From a virus, in the IMG/VR virus record IMGVR_UViG_3300032782_000001, positions 116,404-180,403 of that record: 64,000 nucleotides of DNA. One strand, given 5' to 3'. The translations under genes were made by a program, and so were the position numbers. Numbering within the stretch: the stretch's first letter is position 1; every line of letters begins with the position of its first letter. Shown here one piece after another: positions 18,535 through 26,679 of this stretch. The notes under the pieces are model-generated. The model was not told the DNA's origin, did no database searches, and saw nothing but the letters and a program-made list of their open reading frames with translations.

Positions 18535-19548
18535 TTAATCGTCGTCACTAAAAGACGAGCTAGACCCTCCGTCGTCATTGTCATCATTACCGAAGGAAGA
18601 TGCGGATCCGCCGGAATCGTCATCATCTGATACGCTGGATGATGACCCGAAAGATGAGCTAGCACCGCCAGTGTCATCATCGTCGTCATACCTGCGGCGA
18701 GACCGGACCTCCCGTTCCACGTAGACGTCCCTCTCGTATACCCTGTCTCGACGCGCGCTCAAGCTGCCGAGTGCATAACCAGTAAGAAGATCCCCATTTC
18801 CTCCAGAAGAGGAAGTCTGATTCACTACTACTGTAGTAGGAGCCGCAGGAGCTGCAACATAGACCGGGCGCATAGCCGGAGCTGGAGGGGGCATAGCCGG
18901 AGGCGGCGGATCCGGAATCTGATTAGAACGACGCGGCTTGGAAGAGACTTCTCTGGCCTTATCACGGAATTTATCAGCCCATGCCTCTTCTTCCATATTG
19001 CGAACACGTTTCTCTGCAATTTCTTCGTCCAGCTCTTCGATCTTCCTCTCGTGCTCTTCTTCCCGCCGTTTGTTCTTCCACCAGAAGAAACCACCGATCG
19101 CCACTACGAGGACCACGGTGCCAAAGATCCACCATCCAGTGTTACTATTCGTGGCAGGGCCAGGAATTTGAGCAGGTGTAGATTGAGTGGTCGAAGTCTG
19201 GGTCCTGAGACCAATGGTCTTCTCAGCAATTTTCACAACGCCGTCTGCCCAACGGGCCTCTTTGAAAGCAGAATTGCCGGCAGACGAAATAGATGACCAC
19301 TGTGATGGGGTAACTCCGACGCCCTTACCGAAATGGACCACAACGTTTTTGTGGGTCGGATCCAATCCGATGGCAACCACACCAGGTTCATCTACAGCCT
19401 TGTGTACTCGCGACTCGAGTGCCGATTTGCTCAAGGAGCTTGATGTGATCACTTGAACGTCGAATGGCCACTGGGCCGCCGCGGTTTGTAGTGCGGTTAC
19501 GTCCGCAGGGCTGAAAGTCCCAGCATCATCATGAATGTTGATCGTCAT
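18535..19548 (-). CDS. TPM-domain protein with TM helix and Gly/Ser/Asp-rich C-terminal tail
   Basis: N-terminal TPM-like domain, TM segment WWIFGTVVLVVAIGGFFWW, then low-complexity tail; stop abuts tRNA. Confidence 0.65.
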   Translation of the reverse strand: MTINIHDDAGTFSPADVTALQTAAAQWPFDVQVITSSSLSKSALESRVHKAVDEPGVVAIGLDPTHKNVVVHFGKGVGVTPSQWSSISSAGNSAFKEARWADGVVKIAEKTIGLRTQTSTTQSTPAQIPGPATNSNTGWWIFGTVVLVVAIGGFFWWKNKRREEEHERKIEELDEEIAEKRVRNMEEEAWADKFRDKAREVSSKPRRSNQIPDPPPPAMPPPAPAMRPVYVAAPAAPTTVVVNQTSSSGGNGDLLTGYALGSLSARRDRVYERDVYVEREVRSRRRYDDDDDTGGASSSFGSSSSVSDDDDSGGSASSFGNDDNDDGGSSSSFSDDD

Positions 19549-19635
19549 GTCTGTGTATCCTCTCTCTACAGTTACGCTTGAAGCCGTTTCCGTGATGAGA
19601 TCATACCGGTCAAAAACTGGAATCTACGAACAATC

Positions 19636-19664
19636 TTGACACAAAGCTCGCGAACGGTTATCAT
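19636..19664 (+). promoter_or_regulatory. near-consensus sigma70 promoter TTGACA-17-TATCAT
   Basis: -35 TTGACA 19636-19641, 17-nt spacer, -10 TATCAT 19659-19664; upstream of gene 19769 with SD CAGGAGG. Confidence 0.4.
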
Positions 19665-19768
19665 GACTCAGCCATGAAGCACCACCTCTGAATTCACACC
19701 TGTCGTGGCCCTCCTGGGCACCGTCGCGTTCTCAACGTCCGACGAGTCCAGAATCCAGGAGGTAGACC

Positions 19769-20185
19769 ATGTATCAGATGAGTGAAGAAGAGCGCGCGGA
19801 GCGCTCCAAGGTGAAGGCTCTCCACGCGGCTATTCGCGGATGCGGCCCGGTTGGTGACCGGTATCGCAATCTCGCGTGGGGTTTCGTGCGCGGTTTCCCA
19901 TACCGACGCATTGAGCGGAACCATCATGTTCAAATGTTGGACAACGCCAACTATGAACAGATGGCGAAGCTCGACAACCATTATCGTCAACTTGACGGTC
20001 AGTGGTTTTATGAACACAATATGCCCTCGGAGACTTGGCTCTTCGACACCTTGAAGAAGTTCCTCCCGGAACTTAAGAAGGAACAGATTGTCACGTGGAT
20101 GCGTGACATGTCCGGTGCAATTCCTCCGCCGCCACCTCGGCCAAAGCGGACGCGTGAAGAAGCGATGGCTCACGCGGGGGTGTAG
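19769..20185 (+). CDS. hypothetical protein
   Basis: 138-aa ORF with good SD; Pro-rich C-terminus. Confidence 0.6.
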   Translation: MYQMSEEERAERSKVKALHAAIRGCGPVGDRYRNLAWGFVRGFPYRRIERNHHVQMLDNANYEQMAKLDNHYRQLDGQWFYEHNMPSETWLFDTLKKFLPELKKEQIVTWMRDMSGAIPPPPPRPKRTREEAMAHAGV

Positions 20186-20523
20186 TGGACAAGCTATACG
20201 TCATCGTCCGGGGGGATCTTCCCCCCGGAGACCAGGCCGTCCAATCCATGCATGCGGCGTTGAAATACGCCAAAGAGCATTCGGATTGGACGGCCTGGTA
20301 CGAGGCTTCCAATTACATTGCGCTCCTAAGCGTGCCTAATGAGCGAGAGCTCATGAAATTGCTGATGAAAGCGCGAGATCGAGATCTCAAATTCGCAGCT
20401 TTCTGCGAGCCGGATCTAGATGATTCTATGACTGCTATTGCACTTGAACCCGGGTTCCGATCCAGGCGCTTGTGCAATGGGCTCCCGCTTGCGCTTTCGG
20501 AAAACCAAAATATTCCGGCGTAA
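20185..20523 (+). CDS. peptidyl-tRNA hydrolase, PTH2 family
   Basis: KLYVIVRGDLPPGDQAVQSMHAAL matches PTH2 core (VxVVRxDLxMGxGKxAAQCxHAA). Confidence 0.7.
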   Translation: MDKLYVIVRGDLPPGDQAVQSMHAALKYAKEHSDWTAWYEASNYIALLSVPNERELMKLLMKARDRDLKFAAFCEPDLDDSMTAIALEPGFRSRRLCNGLPLALSENQNIPA

Positions 20524-20531
20524 GCTAGTTC

Positions 20532-20786
20532 ATGAACGACACCATTAGGACCGTGCGGGCGCTTCTTCAGAACACGGCATCACCGGCTGGTGATCACACT
20601 AAGGTTATCTTGGAAGTTAAGCAGCATTCTGGAGAAATCATCTGGCCGGACTTCATTACTCACGACGACAAAGTCTACAGGAACACTCTCACTACCCTCT
20701 GGGGTGCTCGCGTTTATTCGCAAGTCCCGGCATGTCCAGCGAGAATTTCTGAAGATAAGTGGGACGAACTGGCTAAAGGGTCCTGA
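20532..20786 (+). CDS. hypothetical protein
   Basis: 84-aa ORF; stop followed directly by next start. Confidence 0.5.
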   Translation: MNDTIRTVRALLQNTASPAGDHTKVILEVKQHSGEIIWPDFITHDDKVYRNTLTTLWGARVYSQVPACPARISEDKWDELAKGS

Positions 20787-20787
20787 G

Positions 20788-21192
20788 ATGATGGGCTACA
20801 GCGCTACCGACGTCTTCACGAAGAAGGAACAAGTGCTCTTGAGCATGGCCAAAGTTCTGGTTGAATGCTTACCAGAAATTCCAGGTCTCCGATGTCACGA
20901 AGTAGCAAGAGCCGTAGGTACCGTCTTGGGTTTGGAAACCCAAGATGGTCATTATGGACCGGTAGAACACTCCTGGCTCGTCGTTCCTCCTCGAAGCATG
21001 GGACGGGGGCCGGGAGTGCTTGACGTATACTCTGTTGGAAGTCTTCCCACAGTCCGTTTATGTGACGGGTTCCTTCTGCTCCCTTATGCCAAAGAATTCC
21101 AACCGGGGATCCCTAGGCAGGATATTGATGAAGGTTTGGTGATGGATCTTATAGACTGCATGCACGCGAGGCTTCTGGGAGCTCCGCTGTAA
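20788..21192 (+). CDS. hypothetical protein
   Basis: Begins MMGYSATD immediately after upstream TGA; upstream part of track ORF 20590 is low-complexity. Confidence 0.5.
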   Translation: MMGYSATDVFTKKEQVLLSMAKVLVECLPEIPGLRCHEVARAVGTVLGLETQDGHYGPVEHSWLVVPPRSMGRGPGVLDVYSVGSLPTVRLCDGFLLLPYAKEFQPGIPRQDIDEGLVMDLIDCMHARLLGAPL

Positions 21193-21202
21193 CGTTCAGC
21201 CC

Positions 21203-21781
21203 ATGGAAGATAACGAGATTCTCGGGAATCCGCGCGATGGCATCATTGAGCTATTGAAGGCTCGAAGTGTCAAATTTGGGAATTTCACTCTAGCGTCAGG
21301 GAAGAAGAGCGATTTCTTCGTGGATTGCAAACAATCCATTCTCACTGGTATCGGACATGTCTGGGCTGGGCAACTGATGTTGGAAGCTGTCGCCCTTCAC
21401 TTCAAGGAAGCTAGGGCTGTAGCAGGGGTGGAACTCGGTGGGTGCCCCCTGGCGAGTTCAGTGGCGCTCCTCAGTGCTGTCGCTCCTGAAATTCATAGTC
21501 TGGATGCTCTATACGTTCGTAAGACTAAGAAAGATCACGGAACTGGGAATCTTGTAGAAGGTAAAGGTGACATGGAATCCGGAACCCCGGTCGTCTTGCT
21601 TGAGGACGTCGCGACGACTGGAGGATCTTCCATGAGAGCTATCAAAGCACTTCAAGATGAAGGATTCCGGGTCCTCGGGGTTATTACCCTCCTGGATAGG
21701 AATGAAGGCGCTTCTGACGCGTTCCGTGAAGCCGACATCCCGTTTGTCGCCATCTTGGACCGATGCGACCTCGAGGACTGA
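21203..21781 (+). CDS. pyrE: orotate phosphoribosyltransferase
   Basis: VKFGNFTLASGKKSDFFVDC and PRPP motif VVLLEDVATTGGS. Confidence 0.85.
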   Translation: MEDNEILGNPRDGIIELLKARSVKFGNFTLASGKKSDFFVDCKQSILTGIGHVWAGQLMLEAVALHFKEARAVAGVELGGCPLASSVALLSAVAPEIHSLDALYVRKTKKDHGTGNLVEGKGDMESGTPVVLLEDVATTGGSSMRAIKALQDEGFRVLGVITLLDRNEGASDAFREADIPFVAILDRCDLED

Positions 21782-22713
21782 TCAGCGTCTTCCTGGTTCT
21801 GTCTTGTTCCAAGCAGCCAGTTCAGACGAACACCGAAGGCATCCCTGACGCCGGACAACCGGTCGTCGTCGAAGCCGTCCCGCTTGAGCCGGAAAACCAC
21901 CTTCCTGTCGTTACTCTCGGTGAATATTCCACCGAGTATTCATGCGAAGGGAAGGATGAAGCTCGAGCCAAGAATATCGAGCTTGCAGCTTCTCGTCTCC
22001 AAGCGTGGAACGAGAATTGGAACCCTGGCGAGGAATTCAGTTTTAACGATGCAGTCGGACCACGGACTTCAGAAGCTGGGTTCTTAAACGCTCCCGTCAT
22101 CTTCATGGGTGAGACCACAGCAGGGATAGGTGGAGGAGTCTGCCAAGTTAGTTCCACGCTCCACGCGGCCGCTCTCATGAGTGGATTGGAAGTTATTACC
22201 CGTCGCCCCCATACGCGCTTCTCCAAGTATATTCCTCACGGCTTAGATGCGACGGTGGCTTATCCGCCTGAATGCAATGGGAATCACCGGGAGAATATCG
22301 CGAATGGAAAAAATCCGAAGTGTGATTCGGTGGATTTGATTCTCCGAAACCCATTCGGATTTGAGATCAGTATTAAGACATTTACTGAAGAATCAGGTTT
22401 AGGGAAGAAGCGACTGAGAATCTGGATCGAAGGAGCCAAGAATCCGATCGAGAAAGCTTCCTACCGCATCATGCAGTCCGGTGGCGTGGATTTTAAAAGG
22501 ACCTTCCATAAAATTAGTCGAATCCGGACTGCTACTTACAAGAAGCTAGTTCAATCCGGTCAACAAGGGGCTCATGTTACTTCATTCATATCATATTTGA
22601 TGAAGGACGGGACGAAGAAAGAAATCAGCTACAGGAGTGAGTACCCTCCGGTGAACGAAACCTGGGAGGTTGGACTTCTGTACGATATGTCAGGTCCGCC
22701 GCCTTGGGAATAG
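21763..22713 (+). CDS. VanW-domain protein, probable lipoprotein
   Basis: GGGVCQVSSTLHAAALMSGLEVITRRPH matches VanW core; N-terminal LVLSCS lipobox-like. Confidence 0.6.
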   Translation: MRPRGLISVFLVLSCSKQPVQTNTEGIPDAGQPVVVEAVPLEPENHLPVVTLGEYSTEYSCEGKDEARAKNIELAASRLQAWNENWNPGEEFSFNDAVGPRTSEAGFLNAPVIFMGETTAGIGGGVCQVSSTLHAAALMSGLEVITRRPHTRFSKYIPHGLDATVAYPPECNGNHRENIANGKNPKCDSVDLILRNPFGFEISIKTFTEESGLGKKRLRIWIEGAKNPIEKASYRIMQSGGVDFKRTFHKISRIRTATYKKLVQSGQQGAHVTSFISYLMKDGTKKEISYRSEYPPVNETWEVGLLYDMSGPPPWE

Positions 22714-22718
22714 ATTAT

Positions 22719-22795
22719 GGGTCCGTAGCTCAACTGGCTAGAGCTGTCGTTTTCAACTCGAATGGTTGCGGGTTCAAATCCCGTCGGGCCCTCCA
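22719..22795 (+). tRNA. tRNA-like gene; anticodon positions 34-36 read TCA (UGA-reading) but anticodon stem weak (3 WC pairs)
   Basis: Acceptor GGGTCCG/CGGGCCC, D-arm GCTC-AACTGGCTA-GAGC, T-arm GCGGG-TTCAAAT-CCCGT, encoded CCA; loop TTTCAAC. Confidence 0.4.
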
Positions 22796-22819
22796 CTTTC
22801 AATGAAAAGCAAGCGTCAA

Positions 22820-22892
22820 GCTTCCGTAGCCAAGTTGGTCAGGCAGCGGCTTTCAATTCCGCCACACGTGGGTTCGAGTCCCACCGGAAGCG
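22820..22892 (+). tRNA. tRNA with anticodon TCA (opal-suppressor type)
   Basis: Acceptor GCTTCCG/CGGAAGC, anticodon stem GCGGC/TCCGC (4 bp + C-T), loop TTTCAAT, T-arm GTGGG-TTCGAGT-CCCAC. Confidence 0.55.
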
Positions 22893-22913
22893 CTCGCTAG
22901 GTACTGTGGTACC

Positions 22914-23531
22914 ATGGCGCCTGTAGATATCCCGGATGGCGGTCTCGACTTGTCTTCGGCTACTGAAGACGTTGTGCGAGAATATGCCATGGACCTCATC
23001 AACGAGTACGTCCCGAGCACGACAGGAGACGACAAGTTTGCTGAAATCGCCAAAGATTATGGCGGTTCAGGGACGACCTGCGGTTATTTATGCCATTGGC
23101 TCATGTGGCGAATGGGATGCCGCGATCCGAAAATGGTGAACCGAGATGAGCCGTCAGACGGGCTTCATTATGTTCCCGGCGCGAACATTTCACGGATCTT
23201 CGCTAATCCTCATTTCGTCCATTACAAACCCGGTTTGGGAATGACGCCTGATAATGGGGACATTGTCTTCCTCAGCGACGGGCCCCCCGACACTGAGCAT
23301 GTGTACGTCTCGACTGGAGTGGATGACACGAAAGATCCCCCCATTTGGAGTGGGGCTAACGCGGGTCAGAGAGATAAAACCACTGGCAAACAGTGTTCTA
23401 TCTTCATAGACAGAACATTCTCCCATGATTCTCTCTTATACTCTGGCGGATCCAAGAAGATCGTGGGATGGGTAGATATCAGCCAGCTTCCATTCACTGC
23501 CATGGCGGATCTACACGAACCTGGTGAATGA
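22914..23531 (+). CDS. putative papain-fold cysteine peptidase (transglutaminase/CHAP-like)
   Basis: GTTCGYLCHWLMWRMGCRD candidate catalytic Cys region and downstream His/Asp; weak. Confidence 0.35.
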   Translation: MAPVDIPDGGLDLSSATEDVVREYAMDLINEYVPSTTGDDKFAEIAKDYGGSGTTCGYLCHWLMWRMGCRDPKMVNRDEPSDGLHYVPGANISRIFANPHFVHYKPGLGMTPDNGDIVFLSDGPPDTEHVYVSTGVDDTKDPPIWSGANAGQRDKTTGKQCSIFIDRTFSHDSLLYSGGSKKIVGWVDISQLPFTAMADLHEPGE

Positions 23532-24352
23532 TGCAAGGCATTAAACTCATCTTTAGGTCCAAGGAAAATCGAGTTCTCGCCTTCAAGAACGCAGATGACT
23601 GGGACCTTCCTTCTTGTTCCGTAGAACATGTGGACGAACTCCGAAACTCTACGAGGAATCTTTTCAAGAAGGTAACGGGTGCATTTCCGGATAAAGATCC
23701 CATCCCTGTGTATCGCGGATACGACGATGAATATGGGGTTTCTTCGTCGTATATTTCGGATTGGACAGGGATCCCGAAAACTAAGAAAGGTCAGAAAGCA
23801 GACTGGGTTGATGTTATCGATATATTATCCAGTAAATGGGGACTTTTTGCCCGGGATGCTTTCCACCGGCTCAAATTGATTAACCGTCCTAAGCTGGACT
23901 TGGAAGATCTCTACACAATCAGCAAGAAAGCTTTAAAAGACGGATCTCGTCATGCAAGCGAAGGCGTCGACAAAGTCATTGACGAAATTGTTTTCCTCAT
24001 GGAGATCAATAAATCTGAGGCAGTAGACAACCTGCTTCAGCATATGGATGTAACCAAACTCCATGCTGATATCTTGTCAGCTGCACTGGCGGTACTAGAA
24101 AATTACGATTTACCTTCAAAAGCAAGATTCGTCGAAGATGCCAACATCATCATTCAGGAAATCGATGCCTTACGTCCAAAAATGAAACTTAAAGATGAAT
24201 ATGGGAGAATTTTATCTCATGATGTCCGGGGGGATGCCTTGAAATATTATCGCAAGAAAGCTGTTGAATTCGGAAATCTTCTGCGAGAAGGAAAACTCGG
24301 ACCAGGCCTCCATCGAGGCGGAGCTCCCATCCCCCGCAGGAAAGCAAATTGA
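23528..24352 (+). CDS. hypothetical protein
   Basis: 274-aa ORF. Confidence 0.55.
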   Translation: MMQGIKLIFRSKENRVLAFKNADDWDLPSCSVEHVDELRNSTRNLFKKVTGAFPDKDPIPVYRGYDDEYGVSSSYISDWTGIPKTKKGQKADWVDVIDILSSKWGLFARDAFHRLKLINRPKLDLEDLYTISKKALKDGSRHASEGVDKVIDEIVFLMEINKSEAVDNLLQHMDVTKLHADILSAALAVLENYDLPSKARFVEDANIIIQEIDALRPKMKLKDEYGRILSHDVRGDALKYYRKKAVEFGNLLREGKLGPGLHRGGAPIPRRKAN

Positions 24353-24633
24353 ACTATCAGGAAAAGCAAAGACTCATTCAACAGGCATTGAAAGATATGT
24401 CTGACGGAAAGAGGAATCTTCTCAGTAATCCTTTCGCCGGTCTCATGCCTCCGAGATTGGATCCTTCAGAAGTCGCCAGAAAAATGTTTCCTATTGAGCC
24501 CCTTCCACAAGGAGCGGTGCCAGTATACTTTCTGCCTCAATGCATAAGATGTGATGGTCATTACGAAGATTTGAAAAATCATTCAATCGAAGAATGTAAT
24601 CTTTGCATCGTTGTTGATGTGATGGAGTCATGA
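24349..24633 (+). CDS. small zinc-ribbon protein, C-terminal ...VVDVMES
   Basis: CIRC...ECNLC then VMES-stop; ATGA overlap with next paralog. Confidence 0.55.
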   Translation: MNYQEKQRLIQQALKDMSDGKRNLLSNPFAGLMPPRLDPSEVARKMFPIEPLPQGAVPVYFLPQCIRCDGHYEDLKNHSIEECNLCIVVDVMES

Positions 24634-24881
24634 ACGGTCCGAAACGACTCCACTACAGTGATTCTAACAAGTTGACTGCATCCGTCAATAAAATTAGCCA
24701 TCTCATGACCAACCACGATTGGGAAGATAAGTCCGAACCAGAGAAGAAAGCGGGCGGACTTATCATTTCTAAAATCGAATTGGAATGTCGTAAATGCGGA
24801 TTGGTGGCCGGGTTGCTTCCTCTTGAGGAGTTGGATCGCGATTGCGACATTGTTTTAGTGCGCTCCGTGATGGAGTCATAA
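24630..24881 (+). CDS. small zinc-ribbon protein, C-terminal ...VRSVMES
   Basis: CRKC...DCD then VMES-stop. Confidence 0.55.
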   Translation: MNGPKRLHYSDSNKLTASVNKISHLMTNHDWEDKSEPEKKAGGLIISKIELECRKCGLVAGLLPLEELDRDCDIVLVRSVMES

Positions 24882-24920
24882 ATTTCTGTTGTAATGTTGT
24901 ATCACTAGATAACCCAATCA

Positions 24921-24936
24921 GGAGGAAGTCATGTAG
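24921..24936 (+). promoter_or_regulatory. start-stop mini-ORF: SD GGAGGA then ATG-TAG
   Basis: GGAGGAAGTCATGTAG; strong SD 4 nt before ATG followed directly by TAG. Confidence 0.2.
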
Positions 24937-24944
24937 ACTTAGAA

Positions 24945-25010
24945 ATTCGGGCGGCAGGGGTGAAGGCCCCGCACCGGTAGGTTAATGGGTTCAAGTCCCA
25001 ACCCCGACCC
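24945..25010 (+). other. tRNA-like fragment with T-arm (TGGG-TTCAAGT-CCCA) but no complete cloverleaf found
   Basis: GGGTTCAAGTCCCAACCCCGACC resembles T-arm plus acceptor 3' strand; no complementary 5' acceptor located. Confidence 0.2.
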
Positions 25011-25029
25011 GTCTTACCTTTTCCAATTC

Positions 25030-25406
25030 GGGCCTGATCGGCTTCGACTGGGGAAGAAAGAACGATCTGCGTGCAGGCGGCGCTCGATCCGCCATAACCA
25101 ATCGAGCCGACACAGCTGCCAACGACAACGGCGCCCTCCGCATCGCGGCCTAAAAAACCGCGCGGATGTCTTCCCGGCGAAACTGCTTCCAGTAACCGGA
25201 TGAAGGCACGAACCCAAGAGGAAGCTGGCCGTGGGAGTAACCCTCCTTTTATCCCGACGCCTCAGCCGGGAAGGCGAGATCAAGTCTAGGCTGACAGTGC
25301 GGAAAGACGCGCAAACTCAGTCGCAGGGGATACGGCGACTACGCACGTGAACGAGGGTTGTTTGGACAACTTCAGGACGCGGGTTCGATTCCCGCCAGGT
25401 CCACAA
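25030..25406 (+). ncRNA. ssrA: tmRNA (ssrA); predicted tag ANDNGALRIAA
   Basis: 5' GGGCCTGATCGGCTTCGACTGGGG is like E. coli GGGGCUGAUUCUGGAUUCGACGGG. 3' GGACGCGGGTTCGATTCCCGCCAGGTCCACA is nearly identical to the E. coli tmRNA 3' end. Acceptor pairs 25030-25036 with 25396-25402. Internal ORF GCC AAC GAC AAC GGC GCC CTC CGC ATC GCG GCC TAA. Confidence 0.8.
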
Positions 25407-25417
25407 GGTGTTTGGAA

Positions 25418-25606
25418 ATGCATCAATGGGAAGGTTGGGTATTTCCCAATCCAAAAGACGGTAAAGTCTTAGCTTGGGTCATTTGTGGTAGATGCAGTTA
25501 TTGTGTCCATTATGTAAATCATCAGCCCGGGTTCACACCCCCGATTCCACCGGACAATCCTCCTGATTGCAATGAACGATTGGTGAAATGGGTAATGGAA
25601 CAATGA
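25418..25606 (+). CDS. small Cys-rich protein, C-terminal ...VKWVMEQ
   Basis: CGRCSYC...DCNERLVKWVMEQ; ATG at 25418 just beyond tmRNA. Confidence 0.5.
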   Translation: MHQWEGWVFPNPKDGKVLAWVICGRCSYCVHYVNHQPGFTPPIPPDNPPDCNERLVKWVMEQ

Positions 25607-25812
25607 CTCGTATTGAACTTTTGAAGGAAATTCAAGAACATCCGGAGAGACACCGGCATGACTTTGACGCGCTCCAAGATTGTTGCTTTATTGATGGTGC
25701 TATTGATCTCGGAGTCATGCAAGCTCACGAGAACGTCAACCTCGGGATGAATGGTGGGATTCGCTGCGACGTGACTTCAGGGCCTTGCGCTTGTGGAGCT
25801 TGGCATCGATGA
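25588..25812 (+). CDS. hypothetical Cys-containing small protein
   Basis: 74-aa ORF in an overlapping gene chain. Confidence 0.4.
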   Translation: MGNGTMTRIELLKEIQEHPERHRHDFDALQDCCFIDGAIDLGVMQAHENVNLGMNGGIRCDVTSGPCACGAWHR

Positions 25813-26026
25813 GTGGATTCCATTTCACTGCCACGCCGGTTGCGCCGGCAGTGAAATGGAATCCAAATGCACCACAAGCGTCGTCGTCCCAAGAACCGTC
25901 GTGCCGGATGCTTGCTTTGTAAACCGTGGAAGAGTAACGGAGTTAATCAGGAGAAGCCTTCGATTCGGAGGAAACTCCAAGAGAAGTTGGAAGTTTTGGT
26001 TTGCTCCGTGTAACCTGCTTCCATGA
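25793..26026 (+). CDS. hypothetical small protein (uncertain)
   Basis: 77-aa ORF, ATGA-coupled to HNH gene; competing minus ORF 25825..26160. Confidence 0.3.
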   Translation: MELGIDEWIPFHCHAGCAGSEMESKCTTSVVVPRTVVPDACFVNRGRVTELIRRSLRFGGNSKRSWKFWFAPCNLLP

Positions 26027-26679
26027 AGCTCAAAGACATCAATCTTCTCGACGTCGGTAACACGATCCAGATCGTCGGTGCTGTTTATGCCGACGACAAG
26101 AAAGTCCTGATCTGTCTCTTTCCGGAGGATCGCGGAGAGATCCAGACTGAGCAGGACCACTCATATGGCGACTGCATGGGGACTGCCACTTCCCAGCTCG
26201 TCACCAAGGACAAGAAGTACCTGGATATTGATGTTCTCGACATGGATGCCGAGGACTGGTTGAAGTTCCTGAAGCAAACCGACGTCATGGAGACCGAGAT
26301 TCTGACGAAGGCATCTGATGGGACGCTGGCGAAGGCCATCTACCGGAAGAGCCAACGTCAAATCGACCAGGTCGTGAGTTGGCAAGTCTTCAAGCGCGAT
26401 AGCTACACTTGCCGTTACTGCGGCAACGACGCCGTTCCTCTGACGGTGGATCATCTCGTTCGATGGGAAGAGGGCGGTCCAACGATCGCGGATAACCTCG
26501 TTGCTTCTTGTAAGAAATGCAACAAGACCCGCGGGAATCTCTCCTACGAGGAGTGGCTCCGACATCCACGATACCTGGAGGTCTCCAAGAGCCTCACCGT
26601 GGAAGTGAGGGCTTTGAACGAAGATCTCGTCGGCAAAATCCGATTCATCAAGAGGAACGTTCACGTTCGGACTCGGTGA
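26023..26679 (+). CDS. HNH homing-type endonuclease
   Basis: CRYCGNDAVPLTVDHLVRWEEGGPTIADNLVASCKKCN HNH core. Confidence 0.8.
   Translation: MKLKDINLLDVGNTIQIVGAVYADDKKVLICLFPEDRGEIQTEQDHSYGDCMGTATSQLVTKDKKYLDIDVLDMDAEDWLKFLKQTDVMETEILTKASDGTLAKAIYRKSQRQIDQVVSWQVFKRDSYTCRYCGNDAVPLTVDHLVRWEEGGPTIADNLVASCKKCNKTRGNLSYEEWLRHPRYLEVSKSLTVEVRALNEDLVGKIRFIKRNVHVRTR

Noticed and set aside
20590-20787. N-terminal 66 residues of track ORF 20590..21192
   Set aside because: Ser/Thr/Leu-rich out-of-frame read-through of the upstream gene. A clean ATG (MMGYSAT) follows the upstream stop directly.
24985-25283. Track ORFs 24985..25203(+) and 25014..25283(-)
   Set aside because: Both lie entirely inside the tmRNA gene and are GC-rich Arg-rich artefacts.
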